From Ignavibacteriae bacterium HGW-Ignavibacteriae-1 (lineage in GTDB: Bacteria > Bacteroidota > Ignavibacteria > Kapaibacteriales > UBA2268): a stretch of DNA of 64,000 nt. The stretch lies in the NCBI GenBank assembly GCA_002839825.1, contig PGYU01000013.1, positions 1,920 to 65,919 on the forward strand, given 5' to 3'. How positions within the stretch are numbered: position 1 is the stretch's first letter; the number at the start of each line of letters is the position of its first letter. The translations under genes and the position numbers were made by a program. Positions 7,582 to 18,056 of the stretch are shown one piece after another. A model generated the notes under the pieces. The model had not been told where the DNA came from. It saw nothing but the letters and a program-made list of their open reading frames with translations, and ran no database searches.

Positions 7582-10137
7582 TTACTTAACGACAACAACG
7601 GACATTTGTGTTGTAACGCCGTTGATTTCAGCCATAATATAATATGTTCCGGAAGTTAGGTTACCTGCATTAATCTCGGCATTGAAAGTGCCGGGTGCGA
7701 GGCTTTCTTTTACTATTTGTTGGATTGTTCTGCCACTTGCATCAATCATTTTGATATTGATGAATTGAGCAGCCGCTCCGTTGATTGTATAATTAAACGT
7801 TGAAACAGTATTGACAGGATTTGGTTCTACGCTCATCGAGAAAAGTCCGTCAACTGACACAACTTCGTCAACTGAAGAAGGATTGAAACCAACACCTTCC
7901 AAAGTAATTGTTGCATTTGGAGTATTCGGGTCATTTGATTGTATTTTCAAATTTGCTGTGTAATTTGCAGTAGTTTCAACATTGTCAGGAGAGAATTTAA
8001 CTTCGATAATACGTGTTCCGCCTTCACCTAAAGATGCTAAACTGCCACCTTCGGTAATAGTGAAAGTGCCTTCAGCATTATTCTCTAATTCAATTTTTGT
8101 GAAAGTCAATGGAGCATTACCTACATTTCTGAGTGTAAATGATTTAGTTTCGAATTCGCCCTTGTTCACAGTACCAAAATCAAGTTCTTGAGTGCTCAAA
8201 GTCATAGCAGGTGCTGTACCAGATGGTTCGCCAAACAACCAATCCATGATTTCGGTTGCAAGTTTTGATTTAATTTGGTCATCCGCAGCTTCGAAGTTGA
8301 AACTTAGATAAACAATACGCGAACTACCGACTTGTGATTTAACGCCGGCAATTCCGCCGGTCTGAGTATAATTCAAGATTGGGGTAGCAGATCCGCTTGC
8401 TGTTAAATTTTCCGCAAAATATAATCTTTTGTTTGCAGCAGTTCCGGCACTTTTGTTAACTGAGAAATTCAAGCCATCACCGATTGGGTCACCACTAACA
8501 CCTTGTACATCAGCATATAAATAACCTGTGATTTGACCTTGTGAGTTTGTTTGAACTAATTGCAAAGGATTTCCTGCATAGCCAATACCAAGAGTATTGC
8601 CAAAAAATGCTTTTGCATCTGCGGAACCATCAGTTGTATTGAAAGTAATATGCATATCAAGTTCGGAAGAAAGTAAGATTTTCTTACCGGCATTTACTGC
8701 ACTTTTCAAATAGTTACGAATCAATGTTGCTTCTGCCCAATTTGTAGAGAAAAGTCCGCGAGTATTATAAGAAGACGTAATATGAATAAACTCAAAATTT
8801 CCGGCTTGGTATGCATTCAAAGCAGCATCAATTTTGCTGGTTGGCAATGGCATATAAACAATCTTTTGTCCATAATCCGCATTCATCGCCAATGCTGATT
8901 TGAATAACTCTGAGTTTGGATTCAATCCAAATATAATATGCTTTGTATTATCAGTTAAAATATTGAATTCTGTATTTGTAGCCATTACTTTTAAGCCGTT
9001 CTTAGATACAGGCATTGCTTTTACATTAAAAGTAGCAAAATCAGGTTTGCCTGCAGGAGCATTAAGATTTACCAAAACTTCAGTATTACCTTTTGCAGGA
9101 AGAATAACCTTTGTCTTGCTTAAAGTTGGAGCCCAATTGCTTGGATAATTTGATTCAGTTGCATCTATAGAAAGGTCAACTTCAATTTCAAAATCTTGTG
9201 GATTGCTTACCACAATAGTGTGTGAAAAATCTTGACCTAATGTCATCATTGTGTATTCAAGGTCTGTTTCAAGTTTTGCAAAAGCAGGCATAACTTTGCC
9301 GACTTCGATTGCATTTACAATTGAACCATCAGTCAAAGATGTACCATTTACAACAAATGCTTGCACTAAACCAACAACATACAAATCTTGTGGTTTCCAA
9401 TCAGCAGCTTTTTTGAAACTAAATGTTTGAGAGTATGTTTCACCGGCTTTGACGCTCTTTTGAAATTTTTGTATATCACCATAAGCACCGCCAAAAGCAT
9501 GACGAACGACAGACATGTGTTCGTAGCCAACTATAACTGAGGGTTGTTTGTAGTATGGATTGTTTTCAAATCCCGGACGGTTTGATAAATAATTTTGTTG
9601 ATTCCACTGATTGTTGTTAGGACCGGAGACTCTATCTTCCATTATATATACATTGAAAGCAAATTGACGTGGGTCATTTGTTAGCACTTCAGCTGTAATA
9701 GTAGCTGTAATCATTTCTGTAGTTGCATTGTAAGAATATTCTACATCCAACTCAAATATTGGAGGAGCGTTAAGTCTTGCTATTGCTGCGCCTCTCCAAG
9801 CACCACGGTCTAAAGCCATTGCACCGCTATAAACTGTACGGTCAACGAGACCTTGCGGGTAACCGGTAATACCGAAAGATTGAGCTAATTGTCCTTGCAA
9901 TGGCGATAAAGTCATAGCATCACCATTATGCCATTTCACTCCGATGATTTGGTCAGGGAATTCTTTCAAAACTTCGGAAACTCTGTATGAACCATCCGGA
10001 CACCAACCGCACCAAGCACCTGTATGTTGTTCGATAAGGACTCTTTTTTGTGCCTCGAGAGGCGTAGTAGCCGCAAACAATACGACTAAGCTGAGAATTG
10101 ATAGCATTCTCAATACTTTTGTAAAACGTGTACTCAT
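7582..10137 (-). CDS. Omp28-related thioredoxin-fold protein with a choice-of-anchor D repeat and T9SS sorting domain
   Basis: VLIEQHTGAWCGWCPDG, GYPQGLVDR and YEHMSVVR (Omp28 signatures), LDFGTV repeat, and EPNPV...SGTYYI CTD. Confidence 0.85.
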   Translation of the reverse strand: MSTRFTKVLRMLSILSLVVLFAATTPLEAQKRVLIEQHTGAWCGWCPDGSYRVSEVLKEFPDQIIGVKWHNGDAMTLSPLQGQLAQSFGITGYPQGLVDRTVYSGAMALDRGAWRGAAIARLNAPPIFELDVEYSYNATTEMITATITAEVLTNDPRQFAFNVYIMEDRVSGPNNNQWNQQNYLSNRPGFENNPYYKQPSVIVGYEHMSVVRHAFGGAYGDIQKFQKSVKAGETYSQTFSFKKAADWKPQDLYVVGLVQAFVVNGTSLTDGSIVNAIEVGKVMPAFAKLETDLEYTMMTLGQDFSHTIVVSNPQDFEIEVDLSIDATESNYPSNWAPTLSKTKVILPAKGNTEVLVNLNAPAGKPDFATFNVKAMPVSKNGLKVMATNTEFNILTDNTKHIIFGLNPNSELFKSALAMNADYGQKIVYMPLPTSKIDAALNAYQAGNFEFIHITSSYNTRGLFSTNWAEATLIRNYLKSAVNAGKKILLSSELDMHITFNTTDGSADAKAFFGNTLGIGYAGNPLQLVQTNSQGQITGYLYADVQGVSGDPIGDGLNFSVNKSAGTAANKRLYFAENLTASGSATPILNYTQTGGIAGVKSQVGSSRIVYLSFNFEAADDQIKSKLATEIMDWLFGEPSGTAPAMTLSTQELDFGTVNKGEFETKSFTLRNVGNAPLTFTKIELENNAEGTFTITEGGSLASLGEGGTRIIEVKFSPDNVETTANYTANLKIQSNDPNTPNATITLEGVGFNPSSVDEVVSVDGLFSMSVEPNPVNTVSTFNYTINGAAAQFINIKMIDASGRTIQQIVKESLAPGTFNAEINAGNLTSGTYYIMAEINGVTTQMSVVVVK

Positions 10138-10451
10138 AATATCTCCTAAAAATTTATTTTTATTATAACACTTTATTGTGTACTAACTTGCTTAGTAATA
10201 CTATAACAATTTCAAATACTAAAAAGTTACAAATACTTTGAAAAATGTCTAAAAAATTAACAATTCTTTAAAACTTCCAATCCTAATTTATAAAATTAAA
10301 AAAAAAATCAATATCAACAATATAAATTTCAAAAAAAGATAAACTATTTTGAAAATATTTCTTATATAGACTTCGCCTACTTAGAAAACTAACACTTAAG
10401 TTCACAAAAAGTTTCAATTTGATACACTTTTTTTCTCCAAAATTATTTATC

Positions 10452-10482
10452 TTGCAAGTTAGCAAAAATTTGTGTATTTTTG
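10452..10482 (+). promoter_or_regulatory. Bacteroidota-type promoter of tRNA-His
   Basis: TTG at 10452 and TATTTTTG at 10475-10482, about 10 nt before the tRNA. Confidence 0.6.
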
Positions 10483-10491
10483 TAATTCTAT

Positions 10492-10565
10492 GGCGGCTGT
10501 AGCTCAGCAGGTAGAGTGCCAGATTGTGGCTCTGGTTGTCGCGGGTTCGAGCCCCGTCAGTCGCC
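10492..10565 (+). tRNA. tRNA-His (GTG); CCA not encoded
   Basis: Cloverleaf with G-1, acceptor GCGGCTG/CAGTCGC, D arm AGCTCAGCAGGTAGAGT, anticodon arm CCAGA-TTGTGGC-TCTGG, T loop GGTTCGAGCC and C73 discriminator. Confidence 0.95.
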
Positions 10566-10676
10566 CTTCAACTGCTTTAATTTACGGGTCTGTCTCATAA
10601 AGCAGTGTAGTTTTCTTAAATATTGTACCCCAGCTATATATTTACTAATTGCTACCAGAAAAAAATAAATCTCAAC

Positions 10677-10767
10677 ACCCCCTAACCCCCTCTTACAAGA
10701 GGGGGAACGGCTTTTGGGGGATTTCGTTGCTTTTCTCCCTCTCCTTTGGAGAGGGTCAGGGTGAGGT
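10677..10767. repeat. Pair of inverted C-rich REP-like palindromic elements
   Basis: CCCCCTAA-CCCCCTCTT-ac-AAGAGGGGG and, in opposite orientation, CCTCACCCTGA-CCCTCTCC-aaa-GGAGAGGG. Confidence 0.7.
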
Positions 10768-10865
10768 GAATTTGTCTTAAAATATCGAATATACTGAAAC
10801 GACTTTTGATAAGTTAATTTTCAATTATTGATAATTTTATTCTTATCGGGCAATATGGTAAACTT

Positions 10866-12002
10866 ATGAGACAAAGGATATTCAATGTTCTGGGCTTTTT
10901 GGGAATTATAATCATAGCATTTATAGCGTTCAAAGTCATGACCACAAAAAAGCCTAAGACGCCTGATGTCAAAGCTTTTTCGACCACCAAATACGCCACA
11001 GCTATCAAAGCCGAATACGCTGACCACACACCAATTCTTGAAGCATACGGAAGACTTCGTTCGATGAATTCGATTGAAGTTTTTTCCGAAGTTGGCGGCA
11101 AGATGACACTCGCATCGTCAAGATTCAAAGTGGGCAATTCATTTCCAAAGGGAAGTGTTATGCTCGAAATCGAATCCGACGAAGCCGAAATAAATCTCTT
11201 TTCGTTGCGAAGCGAATTCCTGAATTTGCTTACCGGCATTATGGCAGATATCAAATCGGATTACCCGAACGAATACGGCAAATGGTCAGGATACCTCGAG
11301 CGATACGAACTGAAAAAAAATATTGACGAATTGCCGCAATACTCAAGCTCCAAAGAAAAATATTTCTTAGCATCGCGAAAAGTTTTTCAATCATTTTATA
11401 ATGTCAAAAATGCTGAATTGCGAATGCAGAAGCATATCTTGCGAGCTCCATTTGATGGCATCGTAACTGAAAGCATGGTAGAAGCCGGTTCATTGGTAAG
11501 AATCGGGCAAAAACTCGGCAAATTATCCGGCACCGGGCAATTTGAACTTGAACTTACCTTCACGTCGGATAATGCAAAATTGCTAATTGATGGCTCTACA
11601 GTCGAAATCAGTTCACCTGATAATGATATGAAGTGGCAAGGAAAAATCGCCAGAATAGCGCGTAATATTGACCCGGGAACTCAATCAGTAAAGGTATTTG
11701 TGTATCTCACGGGGCAGGGTTTGAAAGAAGGGATGTACCTAAAAGCGAACACACAAGGCATCAAAATCGCCGAAAGCATCGAAATACCTCGTGCTGCTTT
11801 AATAAATAATCGCTTTGTTTATGTTTCTTATGAGGGCAAATTAGCTAAAATTGAAGTTGAGGTAATCCAAATTGGCGACGATATAGTATATATCAAAGGT
11901 GTCAACCCCGACACTGTCATCATAACCGAACCGCTTGCAAATGCTGAAATTGGGATGAGCATCGAACCATTATTCAACAATGGCGAAAAAGGTGACCAAT
12001 GA
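10866..12002 (+). CDS. RND efflux periplasmic adaptor (membrane fusion protein)
   Basis: N-terminal TM helix, lipoyl-like EVFSEVGGK and LRAPFDGIV halves, IDPGTQSV; overlaps the permease start. Confidence 0.9.
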   Translation: MRQRIFNVLGFLGIIIIAFIAFKVMTTKKPKTPDVKAFSTTKYATAIKAEYADHTPILEAYGRLRSMNSIEVFSEVGGKMTLASSRFKVGNSFPKGSVMLEIESDEAEINLFSLRSEFLNLLTGIMADIKSDYPNEYGKWSGYLERYELKKNIDELPQYSSSKEKYFLASRKVFQSFYNVKNAELRMQKHILRAPFDGIVTESMVEAGSLVRIGQKLGKLSGTGQFELELTFTSDNAKLLIDGSTVEISSPDNDMKWQGKIARIARNIDPGTQSVKVFVYLTGQGLKEGMYLKANTQGIKIAESIEIPRAALINNRFVYVSYEGKLAKIEVEVIQIGDDIVYIKGVNPDTVIITEPLANAEIGMSIEPLFNNGEKGDQ

Positions 12003-15000
12003 GAGGGTTGCTAACGTGGTTTATTAAATATCCGGCTTGGGCAAATGTAATCAAAATTCTTATTATGATTTTTGGTCTTTTGGCTTTGCTCAACATGAAA
12101 ACTTCCTTCTTTACCGAGCTTGATTCGAACATGATTTCCATTACGGTTGTCTATCCGGGTGCTTCGCCTGAGGAAATTGAGCAAGGCGTTGTCCAGAAAA
12201 TCGAGGACAATCTGAAGGGAATCCAAGGAATTGACAGATATACATCTAAATCTCAGGAAAATTTCGCAAGTATAATGGTTGAAGTATTTCGCAGTTATGA
12301 CATTGGCGAAGTTCTAATGGATGTCAAAAATGCTGTCGAGCGAATAAATTCATTTCCGCAAGGAATCGAACCGCCCGTAGTAGCCAAAACACCGGCTTCG
12401 GAATTTGCCATCAGTTTCGGCATCACCGGACCCGATGATTTGAACTCACTCAAAGCCACCGCAAAAATGATTGAATATGATTTGAGGGCTATCTCGGGAA
12501 TCTCGCAAATTGCAATCAGTGGATATCCGGAAGAGGAAATTGTAGCATATGTCCGAGACAATGACTTGCGTGCATTCGGCATCACAATTGACGATGTAAC
12601 GCGAGCATTACGGATGTCCAATGTCGAACTTACAGCCGGAACCATCAAAACTGAAAACGAAGAAATTATCATCAGGCTCAATCAAAAGCATTATTTTGCA
12701 GAAAGTTTGACCGATATTCCGGTGCTTGCAATGCCTGACGGCAGAGTTGTAAGGCTTCGTGACATTGCCGAAATCAAAAACACTTGGGAAGACGACCCTC
12801 AACGAACATACATTAATGGCAAAAGAGCGGTTGTATTTACAATCAACAAAATCGTTGGCGAAAATATCTTAGAAATCACTGATAATGTAAAGCTCTATGT
12901 TGAGGAATTCGATGCTAAAAATCCGAATTTTGAGGCAATGATTTTGAATGACTTCACCGAATCGCTCCGCAAAAGAATTGATACTTTGATGAGAAATGGT
13001 ACTCAAGGTGCCATGTTGGTGTTGCTTGCCCTCGCATTATTTTTGAATTTCAGATTAGCCTTTTGGGTCTCGCTTGCGATACCATTATCATTTCTGGGTA
13101 TGTTTTTGGTAGGATATATTTTCGGGATGACAATCAATGCGATATCATTGTTTGGTTGCATTGTTGTCGTCGGGATTCTGGTAGATGATGGGATTGTAAT
13201 TGCCGAGCAGATTTATCAATATTACGAGCAGGGCAAAAAACCATTTGCAGCTGCAATCGAAGGGGCACTCACAGTGTTGCCGTCTGTGGTATTTGCTGTA
13301 CTAACGACAGTCGTGATGTTCATGCCATTCTTGTTTTTAGATGGTCGTTCTGGTGCAGCAATGCGAGATATGGGATTTGTTGTGATTTTTGCACTGATAT
13401 TTTCCCTAATCGAAGCTGCCATTATATTGCCATCACATTTGGCACATTCAAAAGCATTGCAAGGCGTCAAATCTGTTAATAAAATCAGACTATTCCTTGA
13501 TAATATGTTGGCATATCCGCGTGATGTCTTTTATCGAAAATCCTTAGATTTTTTCCTCCGCTTCAGACTTATTGCCATTGGTATCCTGATATTAATAACT
13601 TTGGTTACATTTGGTGGAATCAGAGGCGGTCATATCAAATTCACCTTCTTTCCGTATATTGATACCGACGCTTTCGATATAACTTTGGCGATGCCTTCCG
13701 GCACCAGAGATAATTTGACCGAAGAAGTCATGAACAGAATAGAGAAAGCAGCTTGGGAAGTCAATGATGAGTTTAAATCCGAACGCAAAGACGGCAAAAA
13801 TGTAATCAAATATGTAATCAAAAAAGTCGCAGCTGGTGCTAGTTTTTCAGGTGGAATGGGACTTGCGTTTTCATCAGTCGCCACCGGAAGTGACGGCGTA
13901 ATCCAAATTGTGCTGATGAATGGTGAGGAACGAAATCTCGAAAGTTTCAAAATAGCAAATGCTATCCGCGATAAAGTCGGACCTGTTTACGAGGCTGATA
14001 AATTGCTTTTTGCAGGTGGCTCCATTTTCGGAAAGCCAATTTCATTTTCGCTCGTGTCGCCCAATCTCGAACATATCGAAAAAGCTAAAGAAGAGCTCAA
14101 AGCAGCCATGCAAAATATGTCCGAAATTGATGACGTTTCGGATAATGACCCGCAAGGATTGCGTGAGGTAAGAGTAACGCTCAAGGAAAAGGCTTTCTTG
14201 CTTGGATTGACTAATGCTGACATTGCTCGCAGGATTCGACAAGGCTTCTTTGGTGATGAAGTTCAAAGATTGCAACGTGGCGATGACGAAATCAAAGTCT
14301 GGGTTCGCTACTCCGAATCAGATAGGTCGAATTTGGGGAAATTTGAAAATATCAGAATTCGTTTGCCAAACGGCAACGAGTACCCTTTGGGCGAATTGAT
14401 AGATTATGAAATCGTTCGCGGCAAGACTGTGATTAATCATATTGACGGGAAACGAGAAGTAACGGTTAGTGCAGATATTGTGGACCAAAATGCAGAAGTT
14501 CCTCCAATTTTGGAACGAATCACAAAAGAAGTATTAGAGCCGATTTTCGAGAAATATCCCGGCGTTACAACCGTAGAATCCGGGCAGCGTCGCGAAGTTC
14601 TCAAAATGGCAAACACAGGCAGAACAGGGCTTTCGATAGCTTTCGTTATCATGTATTTTCTCGTTGTGCTTAGTTTCCGTTCATTCACCCAAGCCGCTGT
14701 TGTTTTTGCATTATTGCCTTTTGGGCTAATCGGAGCATTTTGGGGGCACTTTGCTCAAGCAACTCCAGTAAATATTATGTCTGTATATGGTTTGATTGCC
14801 TTGGTCGGGATTTTGGTCAATAACTCTATTGTTTACACCAACACGTTCAACGGCTACCTCAAGGACGGGATGAATGTCCACGATGCACTTTTATCTGCCG
14901 GAGTCAACAGATTTCGCCCGATTTTACTCACGACAGCCACAACTGTTTTAGGGCTATTTCCACTGCTCGCTGAACGGAGCTTGCAGGCTAAGTTTTTAAT

Positions 15001-15196
15001 CCCAATGGCAATTTCAGTTGCCTATGGCTTACTTGTAGGTTCAGTCTTTGTTTTGATTTATCTGCCGGTGTTTTTGAGCCTTTTGAACGATGCACGCAGA
15101 ATTGTTCGCCGAATTGTAACAGGTAATAAAGTCAGCCCCGAAGAAGTCGAACCTTCAATAATCGAGGAAAAGAAAATCAAATTGTACATGAACTAA
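11999..15196 (+). CDS. RND efflux permease, AcrB/AcrD/AcrF family
   Basis: YPGASPEEIE, GILVDDGIV and RFRPILLT motifs; 1065 aa with two TM bundles. Confidence 0.95.
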   Translation: MRGLLTWFIKYPAWANVIKILIMIFGLLALLNMKTSFFTELDSNMISITVVYPGASPEEIEQGVVQKIEDNLKGIQGIDRYTSKSQENFASIMVEVFRSYDIGEVLMDVKNAVERINSFPQGIEPPVVAKTPASEFAISFGITGPDDLNSLKATAKMIEYDLRAISGISQIAISGYPEEEIVAYVRDNDLRAFGITIDDVTRALRMSNVELTAGTIKTENEEIIIRLNQKHYFAESLTDIPVLAMPDGRVVRLRDIAEIKNTWEDDPQRTYINGKRAVVFTINKIVGENILEITDNVKLYVEEFDAKNPNFEAMILNDFTESLRKRIDTLMRNGTQGAMLVLLALALFLNFRLAFWVSLAIPLSFLGMFLVGYIFGMTINAISLFGCIVVVGILVDDGIVIAEQIYQYYEQGKKPFAAAIEGALTVLPSVVFAVLTTVVMFMPFLFLDGRSGAAMRDMGFVVIFALIFSLIEAAIILPSHLAHSKALQGVKSVNKIRLFLDNMLAYPRDVFYRKSLDFFLRFRLIAIGILILITLVTFGGIRGGHIKFTFFPYIDTDAFDITLAMPSGTRDNLTEEVMNRIEKAAWEVNDEFKSERKDGKNVIKYVIKKVAAGASFSGGMGLAFSSVATGSDGVIQIVLMNGEERNLESFKIANAIRDKVGPVYEADKLLFAGGSIFGKPISFSLVSPNLEHIEKAKEELKAAMQNMSEIDDVSDNDPQGLREVRVTLKEKAFLLGLTNADIARRIRQGFFGDEVQRLQRGDDEIKVWVRYSESDRSNLGKFENIRIRLPNGNEYPLGELIDYEIVRGKTVINHIDGKREVTVSADIVDQNAEVPPILERITKEVLEPIFEKYPGVTTVESGQRREVLKMANTGRTGLSIAFVIMYFLVVLSFRSFTQAAVVFALLPFGLIGAFWGHFAQATPVNIMSVYGLIALVGILVNNSIVYTNTFNGYLKDGMNVHDALLSAGVNRFRPILLTTATTVLGLFPLLAERSLQAKFLIPMAISVAYGLLVGSVFVLIYLPVFLSLLNDARRIVRRIVTGNKVSPEEVEPSIIEEKKIKLYMN

Positions 15197-15209
15197 AAAA
15201 TATGTTGAT

Positions 15210-16514
15210 ATGAAAAGAATCATTTTTGCTATAATATTATTGCTCCCTATCATAGTTCATTCGCAGCAAATGTACACGCTCGAAGATTTGGTTCGTGAAT
15301 CACTTTTGAACAATTATTCGATAAAAATCGGGAAAGTTAGCGAGCAAATCGCAGAGAAAAACGTTAATATCGGCAATGCCGGAATGTTACCACGCATTGA
15401 TATTACTCGTTCGTTCCAATATTCTATGACCGACCTCGAGCTACAATTAGCAACAGGACAGCGAATCGGCAGTGTGGATAATATCACAACAACCAACAAC
15501 GCCGGGTTGCAAGTAGGCTTGACTTTGTTTGACGGGCTTGCGATGTTTGCAAATTTTGACAAATTGAAAGATTTACGCGAAAGGAGCAAAATCGAACTAA
15601 AGATAATGATTGAAACCATGACTCGCGAACTTGCTTTGAATTATTTCAATGCCTTGAAGCAAGAATCAAATATGAAGATTTTGTCCTCAAGTCTTGAATT
15701 GCACGATAGGCGAATCGAAAGAATTAGGAATCGAATGGAATTCGGTGCTGCGTTGAATTTGGAATTGCTGCACGTTCAAGTTGACAAAAACACGGACAGT
15801 TCATCATTCATGCAAACCGAATTGGCGTTTACCAATTTCTTGCGAGCATTGAATTATCTAAGCGGAGCAAACATAATCCGCCAAATTCAACCGGATAGCA
15901 TTGTAAATTTTGCAAATTTACAAAATATTGAAGCGTTGCGAGAATCAATGTATGAAAACAATGCTACGCTAATGCGCGCCGTGATTAATAAGGAGATTTC
16001 CGAAAAGGATAGAAAGCTCGTTTTGGCGCAATTTTACCCGCGAATTACTGCAACTGCAGGGTATAATTATTCTCGCTCGGAATCGGACGCCGGATTTTTC
16101 CTTGTCAATCAATCTGAAGGTTTGGCGGCAGGAATCAATCTGCAATGGAATGTGATGGATGGTTCGAGACATATTATCAATGCACAAAATTCGAAGTTGA
16201 TGATTGAAATTCAGGAAATCAATATCGAAATGGTCCGAGCAAATTTAGACATGTTGCTCCATAACATGTATGAAAATTATTCACGGCGATTGGCTATTTA
16301 CGAACTCGAACAATCGAACATCGCTATTGCCCAAAGCAACTTCGATCGCACAAGCGAGGAATATGATTTGGGGCGTGCGACTTACATTGAGTTTCGCGAA
16401 GCACAGCTAAATCTTATGCGAAGTCAGGAGCGAATCAACAACGCCAAATACGATGCAAAATATGCAGAAATAGAATTGCAAATCCTTACGGGCACATTTC
16501 AAATAGCCGAATAA
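15210..16514 (+). CDS. TolC-family outer-membrane efflux channel
   Basis: Signal peptide, two OEP-like repeats (MLPRIDI, FYPRITA), LFDG motif, and operon position. Confidence 0.9.
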   Translation: MKRIIFAIILLLPIIVHSQQMYTLEDLVRESLLNNYSIKIGKVSEQIAEKNVNIGNAGMLPRIDITRSFQYSMTDLELQLATGQRIGSVDNITTTNNAGLQVGLTLFDGLAMFANFDKLKDLRERSKIELKIMIETMTRELALNYFNALKQESNMKILSSSLELHDRRIERIRNRMEFGAALNLELLHVQVDKNTDSSSFMQTELAFTNFLRALNYLSGANIIRQIQPDSIVNFANLQNIEALRESMYENNATLMRAVINKEISEKDRKLVLAQFYPRITATAGYNYSRSESDAGFFLVNQSEGLAAGINLQWNVMDGSRHIINAQNSKLMIEIQEINIEMVRANLDMLLHNMYENYSRRLAIYELEQSNIAIAQSNFDRTSEEYDLGRATYIEFREAQLNLMRSQERINNAKYDAKYAEIELQILTGTFQIAE

Positions 16515-17238
16515 GATTAACACGGAAAATGAGTTATTAAGTCTGAACAACACAACTTGTTCCGAAATTGAATCTGTTGTTGATGAAATTGCCGAAGCTG
16601 CATTATCAAAAGAAGAAAAATCAAACCACCAAACTAAAAAAAAAGCCCTTCGACGAGAGAAAATCAAAGCGATATTTCGGAAATAAGTGAAATATATAAC
16701 AGAATTTCGCCATCTGTTCAAAAATCAAACAACATGTTGGTTAAAAATCAAACGCTTACGGATATTCTAAAACACCAATACAAGAATTTGCACGTGTTAA
16801 AATTAAGCGCTATTCCACGTAGGATAATGCAGTTAGCCACGACTCAGGCTTCAGAGGGGAATTCATCAGCCAAATTGGTGATGCATCCTAAATCGCTCGG
16901 CACGAAAGTTGTACAAATGAAATAGTGATGAATGTTGTCAAGTTGCAATTGACCGGTGAAAAAAGGGGAGCTCGTAGGCGGTAGAATCAACGATTGGAAT
17001 GGTGGAAGTGAGATTACATAGCAAGGGACCGGAACTCGACAACGTGGAATACAAATTGAAATATATGAATGAGCAAGCTAATTCGGGCAGACACAATCAA
17101 ACGGAAAAGGTCAAAAACAGATTTAACGTACTTACAATAATGGAAAATCATCAGAAAGCAGCGGCAGAAACGACAAATTGGGATGATAACAAGATTTTAC
17201 GACACGATAACGGTACAATAGTTGAAACATATATCTAA
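16515..17238 (+). pseudogene. fliK: Frameshifted, 5'-truncated flagellar hook-length control gene remnant
   Basis: Joining frames across shifts near 16922 and 16978 gives AKLVMHPKSLGTKVVQMK-IVMNVVKLQLTGEKRGARR-AVESTIGMVEVRLHSKGPELDNVEY, which fits the FliK C-terminal domain. It lies directly upstream of flgD, the canonical order. Confidence 0.75.
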
Positions 17239-17259
17239 AAAAGTCATCAGGAGGATGCG

Positions 17260-17949
17260 ATGATTAATGAAATATCCGGTGCAAGCACCGGTTCGAATTC
17301 GGTAAAGAAGACGATTAGGAAAAAGCAATCTGCATTAGGACGCGATGAGTATATGAAGTTGCTCACATTTCAAATGCAAGCGAAAAACCCATTGAAAGCA
17401 TATGACAATCAGGAATTTGCAGCACAATTGGTGCAATTTTCTCAACTCGAACAATTAATAGACATACGCTCATTACTCGAAGAACAAATGCTAAGCAATG
17501 CGATTTTGACACAAACGATGTCTAATTCTGCATTGCCCGGTATGCTCGGTAAAACAGCTAAAGCTTTTACAAATCAAGTTCAAGTGAGTGGTGTCAATGA
17601 CAACATTCTTGGCTTTGAAACACCTTTCAATGTGTCTTACGGCAAGATGACGATTACCGATTCACAAGGTGTCATCGTTAAAGTTATCAAATTGACCGGC
17701 AATATGTTGAATAAAGGCTCACGAATAATTAATTGGGACGGCACAAATTTTAACGGTGATAAAGTGCCGGACGCAGACTATAAATTTACAGTAGAACTCT
17801 TTGAATCAAACGGTAATGGTTTTTCTGCCGAGACATTCACTAAAGGTAAGATTGACGCCGTAAAATTCAAGAGCGACGGTACTAAACTTGTTATCAATGG
17901 AATGGAATTGCCTTTGAATGCTATTTCGGATATCACAACAGACAATTAA
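17260..17949 (+). CDS. flgD: Flagellar hook capping protein FlgD (degenerate, orphan)
   Basis: LGRDEYMKLLTFQMQAKNPL..DNQEFAAQLVQFSQLEQL N-terminus, WDGTNFNGDKVPDADYKF Ig domain, GGAGG RBS. Confidence 0.85.
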   Translation: MINEISGASTGSNSVKKTIRKKQSALGRDEYMKLLTFQMQAKNPLKAYDNQEFAAQLVQFSQLEQLIDIRSLLEEQMLSNAILTQTMSNSALPGMLGKTAKAFTNQVQVSGVNDNILGFETPFNVSYGKMTITDSQGVIVKVIKLTGNMLNKGSRIINWDGTNFNGDKVPDADYKFTVELFESNGNGFSAETFTKGKIDAVKFKSDGTKLVINGMELPLNAISDITTDN

Positions 17950-17971
17950 ATTTGCCAAAATTTCTTAAAAC

Positions 17972-18031
17972 AAAATCCCCCTTAATCCCCCTTTGAAAGG
18001 GGGAAAGCGAGCTTGCGAGCAGGGGGATTTT
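17972..18031. repeat. Nested C/G-rich palindromic REP-like element, probably also a terminator between convergent genes
   Basis: Outer IR AAAATCCCCCT...AGGGGGATTTT encloses TCCCCCTTT-g-AAAGGGGGA. Confidence 0.7.
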
Positions 18032-18056
18032 CATAAATATTTTTAAATCTCTTACA

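Noticed and set aside
10492-10565. tRNA-His as the attachment site of a genomic island
   Set aside because: I found no duplicated tRNA 3' end and no integrase in the window.
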